Of a stretch of DNA of 43,471 nt, positions 9,510 through 18,301 are shown one piece after another. Within the stretch, counting starts at the first letter, position 1; each line of letters begins with the position of its first letter. This DNA comes from Synechococcus sp. Lineage in GTDB: Bacteria > Cyanobacteriota > Cyanobacteriia > Thermostichales > PCC-7336. Location of the stretch: assembly GCA_051439605.1 (NCBI GenBank), contig JBFRWN010000097.1, forward strand, positions 1-43,471, given 5' to 3'. The notes below the pieces were generated by a model that was given only the letters and a program-made list of their open reading frames with translations, made no database searches and had not been told where the DNA came from. The translations under genes were made by a program, and so were the position numbers.

Positions 9510-10050
9510 TTACGCTCTTTGGAATCGCTGAAATCCCAGTAGTTCGAGCCAAGGCTGATGAGCTTCTCCAGTCATCAGTTCCTTGGGACTCTTGCCTATA
9601 CGCTCGGGCACTTCACTGCGCATGAAGCGGCGATGGTTGAGGAAGAATTTCTGCAGACTGAGATAGGAATCATTCAAACTCTTGTGGAGGAAAAAGGTAG
9701 TTGCGCAAGCGCGAATTGAGATTTTCCACCAGAGAGCTGGCTCTGGGGGTCTGCTTGAGTGCTTCAGCCACCGCCTCCATCAACGAGTGAATGAAATTGA
9801 CTGGAAAGCTCTGCATGTAATTGATTCCTCCGTTCCCAGTAGGGATTGGATGTCGGCTGTTTGCGGAAAAGTAAACAAATCTCGCTTACCTTCTCCAGGG
9901 GCAAGTCGAAACGTTGAGCGAACTCTGCAAGCTTGGGATCGAGTACTCCAGCAAAGGCCAATAAATCGTCTCGCTGTTTGCGCAAAGCCTTGCGGAACGT
10001 GCGAATCGTAGGATGTTGCTTGCACTCTAGTTTCTGCAACTCGGCCACGA
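9510..10050 (-). pseudogene. Frameshifted C-terminal remnant of a transposase-like gene
   Basis: Joining frames gives ...RDDLLAFAGVLD.../TPRASSLVENLNSRLRNY/...FFLNHRRFMRSEVPERIGKSPKELMTGEAHQPWLELLGFQRFQRA*; at least two frameshifts and no 5' part. Confidence 0.7.
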
Positions 10051-10587
10051 TGAAATGAACGGTTATAGATCCCGACTTTTAGGCCTCTCCACAAAATCCG
10101 CGAGAACCAGAATTATAAAGCAGTGGCTTTTACCAATTTCGTACTAATGACACGGCTAATTTCACTTTCAGCACCAATTTATTCCTTTCATTCAAAATTT
10201 AGAGGTAAGCTTCCCTGGTTAATGCGATCGAAAAGTAGAATATCTTTGATGATGACTCGTGTAAAGCCTTGGAGTCCTTACACAGGTTAGGCTGTAGCGA
10301 TACTACAAATATAGTACGCTTCCATTGGCCACAGTTATGGGATTCCTCTGCACCATCAACGGATTTTTGAAAGCAAGAGAGAATGTTCTTTCATAGTCCT
10401 TCATAAAGGGAAGAGTTATTACATAAATGAATTTTTCCTTTATTTCCTATATCTCAACTGTACTTCGCTCAATCAGGAATCGCCTTAGCATGTGTGTGTC
10501 TGTATATCAATTAAGTGTTGCGAAGCTTACACCGGACCTAGACAATTTCAGTTTTATAATACAGGTATTGACACCTGGTACTTCGTA

Positions 10588-10782
10588 ATGCAGCGACGCA
10601 AACTTTTTATCAACGAACCCACCGATACTTATGAGGACATCGACGGAAGCGCAGCCGAAGCGATAGTAGGCGGCTTAAGCTTAAGTCTTCAGGATTATTT
10701 TGGGGAGTCCTCATCCTCAGCATTCTTGGCCGAATTTCCTATAGAATTTGATGATGACATACTAGGGCGTGTCATCGATTAA
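10588..10782 (+). pseudogene. Double-glycine-leader ORF truncated by an IS5 end
   Basis: MQRRKLFINEPTDTYEDIDGSAAEAIVGG|LSLSLQDY...; the frame runs into the IS terminus at about 10762. Confidence 0.45.
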
Positions 10783-10950
10783 GCCAGATGACGGAAGCTG
10801 ATAAAAATATTGCTCCTAAGGAAGTTACGATCGGTTTTGTCGTAACGAGTTGCAATGGCTCGATATTGCTTGAGCTTGGCAAAAAAGTTTTCGATCAAAT
10901 GGCGAGCTTTGTAGACAAGCTTGTCATAAGAGTCAGGAGTCTTGCGATTT
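10762..10950 (-). mobile_element. IS5-family transposase 3' remnant with its terminal repeat
   Basis: Minus strand encodes NRKTPDSYDKLVYKARHLIENFFAKLKQYRAIATRYDKTDRNFL, then a frameshift to GAIFLSASVIWLNR*, ending at ...GACACGCCC overlapping a CTAG. Confidence 0.85.
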
Positions 10951-10969
10951 TACTTAATAGAATCACCGA

Positions 10970-11227
10970 GGGAGCGGAATATATAGATTGAATGTTTTAT
11001 ATACAACAATAGCTAGGTTGCTACAATATCCTCATCAGAAGAGAACTTATTAGACACGGATATTCTAGTATTCTGAGATTAGAATAATACACTCAACTGT
11101 GCATCAAAGCTTGAATGAAATAAGAGTATTTAGGAGCAGAGAATGAATCTAAAGTTTTTCTCATTGGAATCGTTGTAACCAATAACCAGTAAGGACTTCA
11201 GGGATGCTACAAATATATTCCGCTCCC
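10970..11227. mobile_element. 258-bp MITE-like element with perfect 15-bp terminal inverted repeats
   Basis: GGGAGCGGAATATAT (10970-10984) and ATATATTCCGCTCCC (11213-11227) around an AT-rich non-coding interior. Confidence 0.7.
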
Positions 11228-11365
11228 AAAAGGTAATACCATGCAGCAGCTGGGTCGAATCAAAAACTCAATCAACGTTAGGAATTACTCCTATCCCACT
11301 GAACGGTAATGCTTTACGATTCAACTCCTTGTGTGCAATAGCCTTAAATAGTGGATGCATGCCAA

Positions 11366-12427
11366 TCACTTCAATACACTTACAGGCTCGTTTACGTTCT
11401 CTTGCCCCAGTTTAGGTAACTGCAATTTCTTACGAAGCAATCGCATTAAAGGCTCTTGAGAGGCAGGAACAGTCAGATTCAGTGCCTGTACCCCCGCCAA
11501 TTTTTCAACCAACTCAATACCAGCCGTTGTATTCGTAGTAATGCCACTCACCAAATCTGGCTGCAAGCCAAAACTCTGACTCACCCCTATGACTGCGTAA
11601 GGATCGGAAGCACACAGCACCGTGCAGCGGATCTGTTCCCCCATTTCTTGCAAAACAATATCCCCGTTATAGGGCTCGAATGGGGAAGCCCCCGCTTCAA
11701 CCACCGCCACATCCGGTTGTCCGGCAGCAATCAGCGCCAACATCTGACGAACTGCCACCCGAAACTCTTCCGGCGGGCAAATGGAAGAGGGTAGACCGAC
11801 ATCCACAAAATCAATAATCCGATCGGCCCCAGCATCCCCCATGGCCAGAATGTCTCGATAGCGACCCGCTCCCGTCAATTTCGCCCCCACCACCTTCAGA
11901 CCCGCCTGTTTGAGCATGTGGATAATCACCCGCGCTGCCGTAGTCTTGCCAGACGACATCGAGGTCCCAATCATCATGACCGTCGGGCATTGATAGTCAA
12001 TATCCCCCGTGGACGGAACAAAGTCCTTCATCACAACCTTGCGATCGCCCCGCATGACATGGCCGCGATACTGCAAACTCGTTAGGCTCGGAATCAAATT
12101 GGATTTCGAAGTCAACCGCCCCATTAACCCCGCTACAGTGAGCGCATCCATACGACCATCAGGACCAATAGACTGCCAATCCCCCACCGCCTCCAACGTG
12201 GCCCGCCGCACCCCAAACGCCCCCACAATGGCATCCCCCTCAAGCACCCCCGCCAACCGTCCGTTGGTCAACTCCACTTTGGCGTTGGGGGGCACAGGAG
12301 AGATGACCTCTCCCACCACGTAATCCCCCGTTGCCCATTCATCTCGGGGTAACTCTCGCACATCAAAATGGCCTGTGCTCAAGTCGGAGATGCGAGTCAG
12401 CGTACTGAAAAAATACCGGCCAGACAT
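11366..12427 (-). CDS. DUF1611-family P-loop protein
   Basis: GTSMSSGKTT P-loop, AKLTGAGRYRD and DAGAD..IDFVDVGLPSS motifs; N-terminal GDYVVGEV..IVGAFG region. Confidence 0.82.
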   Translation of the reverse strand: MSGRYFFSTLTRISDLSTGHFDVRELPRDEWATGDYVVGEVISPVPPNAKVELTNGRLAGVLEGDAIVGAFGVRRATLEAVGDWQSIGPDGRMDALTVAGLMGRLTSKSNLIPSLTSLQYRGHVMRGDRKVVMKDFVPSTGDIDYQCPTVMMIGTSMSSGKTTAARVIIHMLKQAGLKVVGAKLTGAGRYRDILAMGDAGADRIIDFVDVGLPSSICPPEEFRVAVRQMLALIAAGQPDVAVVEAGASPFEPYNGDIVLQEMGEQIRCTVLCASDPYAVIGVSQSFGLQPDLVSGITTNTTAGIELVEKLAGVQALNLTVPASQEPLMRLLRKKLQLPKLGQENVNEPVSVLK

Positions 12428-12504
12428 AACTCAACCCTCATTCGGAATCCTCTAATGCAATGGCAAATCCTCTGCTAAGGTGGTCGAGCGCCAGTGACTC
12501 GATT

Positions 12505-13698
12505 TCAAGTCACTGTCTTTAGGTTCAACGGGGGCTCTAACAGCAAGCGAGCCAACAGAGCCGCCCGCTCCCTGAGGCGATCGATCGCGATACATTCCCC
12601 CACCGCATGGGCAGCATCCCCCACCGCCCCTAAGCCATCCAGCGTCGGGGTATACAAACTGGTGGTATTGCCGTCCGATCCCCCTCCAGCCGTCGCCTCT
12701 TCCACATCCAGTCCCAACTCAGTCGCGGCCTGAAGGGCACGCGCCCATAACAGGCGATTTCCGGGGGTATGCTCCATCGGCGGTCGTCCAATCCGGCCCG
12801 TTACCATTAATTGCGTCCCGGGGACTGTGGGTTGCATCCCTAAAATGATGGCTTCGATCCGGGGCACGTCTTCTTGATGCAAGATGCGAACGTCTACTTC
12901 TGCAGAGCTTTCGGGGGCAATCACATTTGGACGAATGCCGCCGTCAATCGTACCGACGTTGACCGTAATTCCCCGCTCCGGATCGTTGAGGGCAAATAGC
13001 TGCTGAATCGTGTGGGAGAGCTGCAGAATGGCACTGGCCCCTTTTTCTGGCTCTAAGCCAGCATGGGCGGCACGACCGATCGCCCGCACCGTAAACTTGC
13101 CCACCCCTTTGCGCCCGGTCTTCAACTTGCCGAGCGGTCCGAGGGACGGTTCCATCACAAAGGCGCGATCGGCCAGTCGGGCTAAACGACGAATGTGAGG
13201 GGTGGATTCGCGGCTGCCTATTTCCTCGTCGGAATTGACAAATAACACCGGCGCAACGGCAGGTAGTCCCGAGATCTCCCGAGCCGCTTCCATGGCAAAA
13301 ATCGTCATTACCAGCCCTGCTTTCATGTCATAAACGCCGGGACCGTGCAGTTTGTCCTGCCGTTGCACCAACGGCATGGTCTGCAGCGTGCCTAAGGGCC
13401 AGACAGTATCGCAATGACCTAACAACAGTTGAATAGGCTGGCGGGGTTGGCGATCGCGGGGCACCGCCAGCAGATGACCGCCGCTGTGCCGCCCCGGTAT
13501 ACGCCGGATGCGATATCTCCGTTCTTCTAAGGCCGCTTGCAAGATTTCCAGAACTTGCTGTTGCGATTCGGGCACTGTGGAGGGAGACTCCGCCAGCACC
13601 AACTGCTCTAGCAATGTCTCCATCTGCTCCTGGCGGTTGTGGAGGTAATCCAGCAATCGCGCGGCAGTTGTGGCAGGTGTAGTGGAGAGAGAGGTCAC
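12505..13698 (-). CDS. M20 metallopeptidase (carboxypeptidase G2-like)
   Basis: GHCDTV, GPGVYDMKAG, SDEEIGS, EPS, GGGSDGN and GLGAVGDAAH motifs; GTG at 13698 chosen because it lies 1 nt after the upstream stop. Confidence 0.9.
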   Translation of the reverse strand: MTSLSTTPATTAARLLDYLHNRQEQMETLLEQLVLAESPSTVPESQQQVLEILQAALEERRYRIRRIPGRHSGGHLLAVPRDRQPRQPIQLLLGHCDTVWPLGTLQTMPLVQRQDKLHGPGVYDMKAGLVMTIFAMEAAREISGLPAVAPVLFVNSDEEIGSRESTPHIRRLARLADRAFVMEPSLGPLGKLKTGRKGVGKFTVRAIGRAAHAGLEPEKGASAILQLSHTIQQLFALNDPERGITVNVGTIDGGIRPNVIAPESSAEVDVRILHQEDVPRIEAIILGMQPTVPGTQLMVTGRIGRPPMEHTPGNRLLWARALQAATELGLDVEEATAGGGSDGNTTSLYTPTLDGLGAVGDAAHAVGECIAIDRLRERAALLARLLLEPPLNLKTVT

Positions 13699-13699
13699 G

Positions 13700-14308
13700 T
13701 TAACGTTTGAATCCTGTATGGAAAGGGAACGAGAAGCTGCGATTGATGCGGGCGTAGCGATCGGGAGGGAGGAAGGCCAGCAGGGGGGATTGGGCGAGCA
13801 GATCGGCGTCATCCCGATCGCGCGATCGCAGAGAGTCCGCTTGCACGCGAGCCGCCACAACTTTCCCTGCAATCAGGCTGTTCTCCCCAAACCCATCCAC
13901 AATCCGATCCAGCTGGCATTCCAAGCACAGGTAGGCGTCTTGCAGGCAAACGCCATCGATCACCGTGGCAGAAACGGTGGGCAGGGCAGATAGTGCGGGC
14001 TTATCGCCGCGATCGCAGCGGGGGGCCGCCGACAGGCTAGCTAAAACCACTTGATTGGGGTTGGGGAAACTGACAGTGAAATATCCTTCGCGGCGAGCGT
14101 TGCTATAGGTGCGATGGCGCGGAGTACAGATAAAGCCAAAGTAATTCCCCCACCCCAGCGGCATCGCCATGTGTTTGGGGGCTAAATCGTAACCGCCCTC
14201 CTGTTCCCGCGTTCCCACCACTACCAATGGCGCAACGGAGTACAACCGCTCCCAAATGGGTTGAGTCAGATCTAATTCAACAAATGTTGTCGTTGTGGTG
14301 TCGGGCAT
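13700..14308 (-). CDS. Flavin reductase-like (split-barrel FMN-binding) protein
   Basis: PLVVVGT, DLAPKH, HRTYSNA..EGYFTVS and LECQL..IVD.FG motifs; GGGAG RBS before ATG 14308. Confidence 0.85.
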   Translation of the reverse strand: MPDTTTTTFVELDLTQPIWERLYSVAPLVVVGTREQEGGYDLAPKHMAMPLGWGNYFGFICTPRHRTYSNARREGYFTVSFPNPNQVVLASLSAAPRCDRGDKPALSALPTVSATVIDGVCLQDAYLCLECQLDRIVDGFGENSLIAGKVVAARVQADSLRSRDRDDADLLAQSPLLAFLPPDRYARINRSFSFPFHTGFKR

Positions 14309-14769
14309 AGCTCCCAACCTTTCTGATAAAAAATAGCGATCGCCATTTCAGACATATCGAGATCGAATGATGCAAACAAGAAAGGGGATATCCATCGATC
14401 TTTCACTTCAATAGTAGTGTTGTAATTTCTATAGATAGAACACCCATCAATCCATAACTCCTACACCACCGTCGAGGCATCGATCCCCCCTACGTTTATT
14501 GTATTCCTCCACAAAATTCTCTGAATGTCTCCATCAAGTCCCCCAGGGTTAAGAACCCTATACCTATACTTGATGAAGTCAATATTGCGAAACATTTCCT
14601 CAATTCGTATGCGTAATTTCTTAGGATTGGAGGGTGGAGCGAGTGCCGGATTCCAGCACTCCTCGTGCAGCTCTACCGAATCCTGTTGAATTGCTATTGG
14701 ACTCAGTCCCGAACTCCTCCACCATTGTTCGATCGTTTCTGTGGCTTGTTCCCAGAAAGGGAGGAAGAG

Positions 14770-16326
14770 GTGCAAACATTTGACTACGTCGTCATGGGTG
14801 CGGGGTTGGGGGGATTATCGGCGGCCGCTTGCTTAGCTCGTCAAGGGTTTCAAGTCGCAGTGTTAGAGCAGCATTACTTGCCGGGGGGATGCTGCCACAC
14901 CTTCCCGTTTGGCAAATACAGATTTTGCGCTGATGTTCACTACATCTCCCAATGCGGTCCCAATCAAACCATCGGGACTTTCCTCAGCTACATCGGTAAA
15001 AAGGTTCCATTTAACCCTATCGATCGCGATTGCATCGATCGCGTCATTACCCCCGATGTAGACTTTTGCATTCCCCAGGGGTGGGAGCGATTCCGCAATC
15101 GCCTGCTGACCGAATTTCCGGAGGACGAACAAGCCATCCACGACTATTGCGACGAAATCAAGTTTTTACATCAACAGCTAAAAGAGCTCACCCAAGAGGT
15201 AAAGTGGTTCGACCGCAAGTGGTCTGATTGGCTGAAGTTACCTAAATATTACGGATTGTTCCAACGGCGAGATTGGACCTTGCAGGATCTGTTTGATGAG
15301 GTGAAGCTGTCACCTACGGTGCAGGCCGTCCTGGCGGGGCAAAGTGGCGATTATGCTCTTCCTCCTAACGAAATCGCGCTGATTACCCACACTGCATTGG
15401 TCTGGGACTATGCCGAAGGGGCTTACTACCCAAAACACCATTTCAAACAATTTGTGGACACCATTGCGGAAGCGATTACCGATTTCGGTGGGGTAGTGCG
15501 GTATTCGTCCCCCATTGACCAGATTGACGTGTTTGAAGGGGAGGTGACATCGGTGACGGTGGGAGACACCGTGTACGTGGCGGAACGGGGATATATCAGC
15601 GATCTGGACCCGAAATTGACGGTGCAGTTAATGAATGGCGGCAAGGGGTTAAGCGATCGCGAGCGCCAGCGGTTAACCGATTACACCTATTCCACCAGCG
15701 CGTTCAATATCTATTTGGGCTTGGACGAACAATTTGACCCCAAGAGATACGGTATTGGTAGCTGGAATATTTGGTATTACCCCACCGGGGATCTGAATTT
15801 GGCCTACCAGCAACAGCTTCAGGGCAATCTGGACCGCCCGTGGATATTTATGTCCTGTCCCACGATGAAATCCGCCGAACCGGGCATGGCTCCTGAGGGG
15901 CATCACGTGTTGGAAATTGCCACGGTTTGTCCGTACACCCCTTTCCAGGAGTTACACGAGCACGATCCGGAGGGATACAAAGCGAAGAAGAAGGAGGTTT
16001 ACCAACAGGTGATGCGATCGGTGCGGGATTTGATTCCCGATGTGGATCGTTACGTGCGCTTGAAGGTGTTCGGCACGCCCACGACTAGCGAGCATTTTCT
16101 CGGTCAGCCGAAAGGAAATATTTACGGTGCCAAGTTGATTCCCGCCCAAGTGGGGTTGAATCGTATGGGTTACAAGACAGAGTTGCCGAACCTGATGATG
16201 GTGGGGGCTACGGCAGGCTATCCCAGCGTTCCGGGGGTGATTGGCAACGGGATGGATGTGGCGGAATTGTTAACGGGGGAGAAGATTCGCAGGCGATCGA
16301 CTGTGGTCAAGGCTGCTGCTGTCTAA
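14770..16326 (+). CDS. FAD-dependent oxidoreductase, phytoene desaturase / retinol saturase (CrtI-like) family
   Basis: GAGLGGL Rossmann motif, LEQHYLPGGC, APEG and GTP.T...GNIYG motifs; GTG 14770 preceded by GGAGGAAGAG. Confidence 0.85.
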   Translation: MQTFDYVVMGAGLGGLSAAACLARQGFQVAVLEQHYLPGGCCHTFPFGKYRFCADVHYISQCGPNQTIGTFLSYIGKKVPFNPIDRDCIDRVITPDVDFCIPQGWERFRNRLLTEFPEDEQAIHDYCDEIKFLHQQLKELTQEVKWFDRKWSDWLKLPKYYGLFQRRDWTLQDLFDEVKLSPTVQAVLAGQSGDYALPPNEIALITHTALVWDYAEGAYYPKHHFKQFVDTIAEAITDFGGVVRYSSPIDQIDVFEGEVTSVTVGDTVYVAERGYISDLDPKLTVQLMNGGKGLSDRERQRLTDYTYSTSAFNIYLGLDEQFDPKRYGIGSWNIWYYPTGDLNLAYQQQLQGNLDRPWIFMSCPTMKSAEPGMAPEGHHVLEIATVCPYTPFQELHEHDPEGYKAKKKEVYQQVMRSVRDLIPDVDRYVRLKVFGTPTTSEHFLGQPKGNIYGAKLIPAQVGLNRMGYKTELPNLMMVGATAGYPSVPGVIGNGMDVAELLTGEKIRRRSTVVKAAAV

Positions 16327-16374
16327 GGGGTTTTTCATCAGTGGGATTGCTCAACAATGGCTGGGGCGAGGGAG

Positions 16375-16600
16375 GCAAGATTTCCTTTTGAATCACGCCG
16401 TGTACTCCCCAATTGCCATCCACCACCTGGGTGATACCAAAATCCGCTGCTACGGACATCAGCGTAATTGCCTCGTCCTCGCTCATTCCTTGGGTGGTCA
16501 TCAGGAAATGACGCATCTTGCAGAATGCACCGCGCATCGCCCCATCGACAGACGAGTTGCTGTAGATATCTTGCTGTGATGTTTGCCCAGTTCCTCTAGG
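16375..16600 (-). pseudogene. Acetamidase/formamidase C-terminal fragment
   Basis: QDIYSNSSVDGAMRGAFCKMRHFLM...EDEAITLMSVAADFGITQVVDGNWGVH; the N-terminal part is missing. Confidence 0.8.
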
Positions 16601-16728
16601 AGGAGGATCGTAAGACTTTGTATTGCATGTCACAAAAGGGGCAGGAGGCGATCGCCTTGCTGAGAGAGTCTTGGGCGCTATCAAAAAGCATTCTCTGACA
16701 CTCCGAGCTTTTTTCGTTCGCCCAGTTC

Positions 16729-16823
16729 TATAGCTTTAGACATTTCAGTTAGGACGGAAAGATCTATGCCTGGTTGGGGTTCTGGGCCGCTGAAGTGTCC
16801 TAAACGACTTGTCGGTTGCTATT
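16729..16823. repeat. Short inverted-repeat element with 27-nt TATAGC...TTAGGAC arms
   Basis: Left arm 16729-16755 matches the reverse complement of 16797-16823 at 18 of 27 positions. Confidence 0.55.
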
Positions 16824-17065
16824 ATTGCTGGCGTTGGCATCACTCTCACAAACTCGATGCCTTACCCTATCTTTGCTCTCTTTAGAACGAAATAGCCCTG
16901 ACTTCTCCTCCGTGCTCTCTATCCTAGGTAAGGTGACATCTCTATGTGATGAGATCTTTGCAGAAAGTATGAAAAGGATAGCCATACTCTCCATCCTCAA
17001 CAAATGTGACAATGGGAACGAAAGTTCTGGAGTTGAAAATAAAAATCTTGCTCCAAAAGCATAAC

Positions 17066-17097
17066 AAAAATAAGCCATGCCTTTCGGCTTTTCAAAA
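17066..17097 (-). terminator. Terminator after the cysteine dioxygenase gene
   Basis: Minus strand AAGCC-gaaaggcat-GGCTT followed by ATTTTT. Confidence 0.45.
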
Positions 17098-17113
17098 TGT
17101 CACCCCAAGCCAA

Positions 17114-17719
17114 TCAGTTTGAGTCAGCTCCAGACGATTGATTGCAACGAACATCAGTCCAGTGCCGTGATTTTGTCTCGATGTCGTAGGTATTGAATCC
17201 AGCCATGGCGTGACCGTAGAGATGAAGAGAAATAATACGCTGAGAGGAATGAGAATTGCCCGTGATATGGATATGGTCTGGGTTTGGGACAAAACTAGTG
17301 ACTGCACCTGGCGTGAGCATCGTTACTCCGCCTCGTACTAGTTCTATACCCTTATTGGTCTCATTAATTTGGCGATCGACTCGAATATAATTCCGCTCTT
17401 CCAAGACTCCTTCTAGTACTCCTACCAAACCCCAAGTACCGTGATCGTGAATGGGCGTCCACTGCCCTGGCAACCAAACAATCGCGAATAAACTCAGTTG
17501 ATTATCTTTGTCGATGTAAATCGCATTCCTTTCGTAGCGATCGGGATGGCTGAGCAAATGGTGGGGTTTTAGAAAAGTTTTGTGACTTTTCAGTAACTGA
17601 AACATCAATGGAGAGAGAGTCGCTACACAATCAGCAGGCGATTGGCAGCTATCAATGAGCTCTCGACAATCCTGCAAAAAATTTTCAAGAGTATTTTTAC
17701 TTGCTAGAGTCCTCACCAC
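17114..17719 (-). CDS. Cysteine dioxygenase family (thiol dioxygenase cupin)
   Basis: YERN, WLPGQWTPIHDHGTWG, DHIH and ISLHLYG motifs. Confidence 0.87.
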   Translation of the reverse strand: MVRTLASKNTLENFLQDCRELIDSCQSPADCVATLSPLMFQLLKSHKTFLKPHHLLSHPDRYERNAIYIDKDNQLSLFAIVWLPGQWTPIHDHGTWGLVGVLEGVLEERNYIRVDRQINETNKGIELVRGGVTMLTPGAVTSFVPNPDHIHITGNSHSSQRIISLHLYGHAMAGFNTYDIETKSRHWTDVRCNQSSGADSN

Positions 17720-18301
17720 ACCAATCTCCTCTATCGTAAAGATGTGACATTATTCAGCGATTAAAATGCTTTTCGGCAAGCTTTATCAAGATGCTAGACC
17801 AATGCTCGAACGATGTTGAAATAGCCTCGAGTGTTGCACACACCTCCTAAAATAGAAGAATATCCTTCTCTTAGCAGAAATTGATATTCCGATTTGTTCT
17901 ATAAATTACATTTAGGTCTAGCGGACGATCGTTACAAATGCCTTTATCGATCTGACAGCGACATCGCAATGTTGATGATTGAGCCAATAAATTCACTCAC
18001 CAAAAGCGAACTTCTTTCCCCTCTGGAACATCGCTAATGGGTAAGGATTCAGGTCTAAAATTTGGGAATACGAGAAGGCATAGATTGCTGAAGATGGTCA
18101 GCAACAATCAAAGCTTGCTGGAAAAATTGGATGGCAAACCGTCCCTGCCGCCGACAGCTTTGAATCACACTGAGGCCGATCGCTTAACCTTCAAAGTCGA
18201 GTGGAACTGTCTTTGCCGCTTGACGGTATCGGTCGTATTCCTTCAGTTTCAAGCTACCCCCAGGGAGAAAGAACTTTACGGGAGCGCGAGCGGACAACCC
18301 A

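Noticed and set aside
9682..10011. 109-aa plus-strand ORF
   Set aside because: It is antisense to the transposase-like remnant
10788..10991. 67-aa plus-strand ORF
   Set aside because: It is the antisense shadow of the IS5 transposase remnant
13699..13872. N-terminal extension of the M20 ORF in the track
   Set aside because: It overlaps the flavin reductase in another frame; GTG 13698 gives a normal-length protein
14641..14661. GAGTGC-N9-GCACTC as a CIRCE (HrcA) element
   Set aside because: The arms are in the opposite order to CIRCE (TTAGCACTC-N9-GAGTGCTAA) and lack the TTA/TAA flanks; it is better read as an RNA stem
16729..16823. Inverted-repeat elements as integron attC sites
   Set aside because: They do not show the RYYYAAC...GTTRRRY order, there is no integrase, and they do not flank gene cassettes
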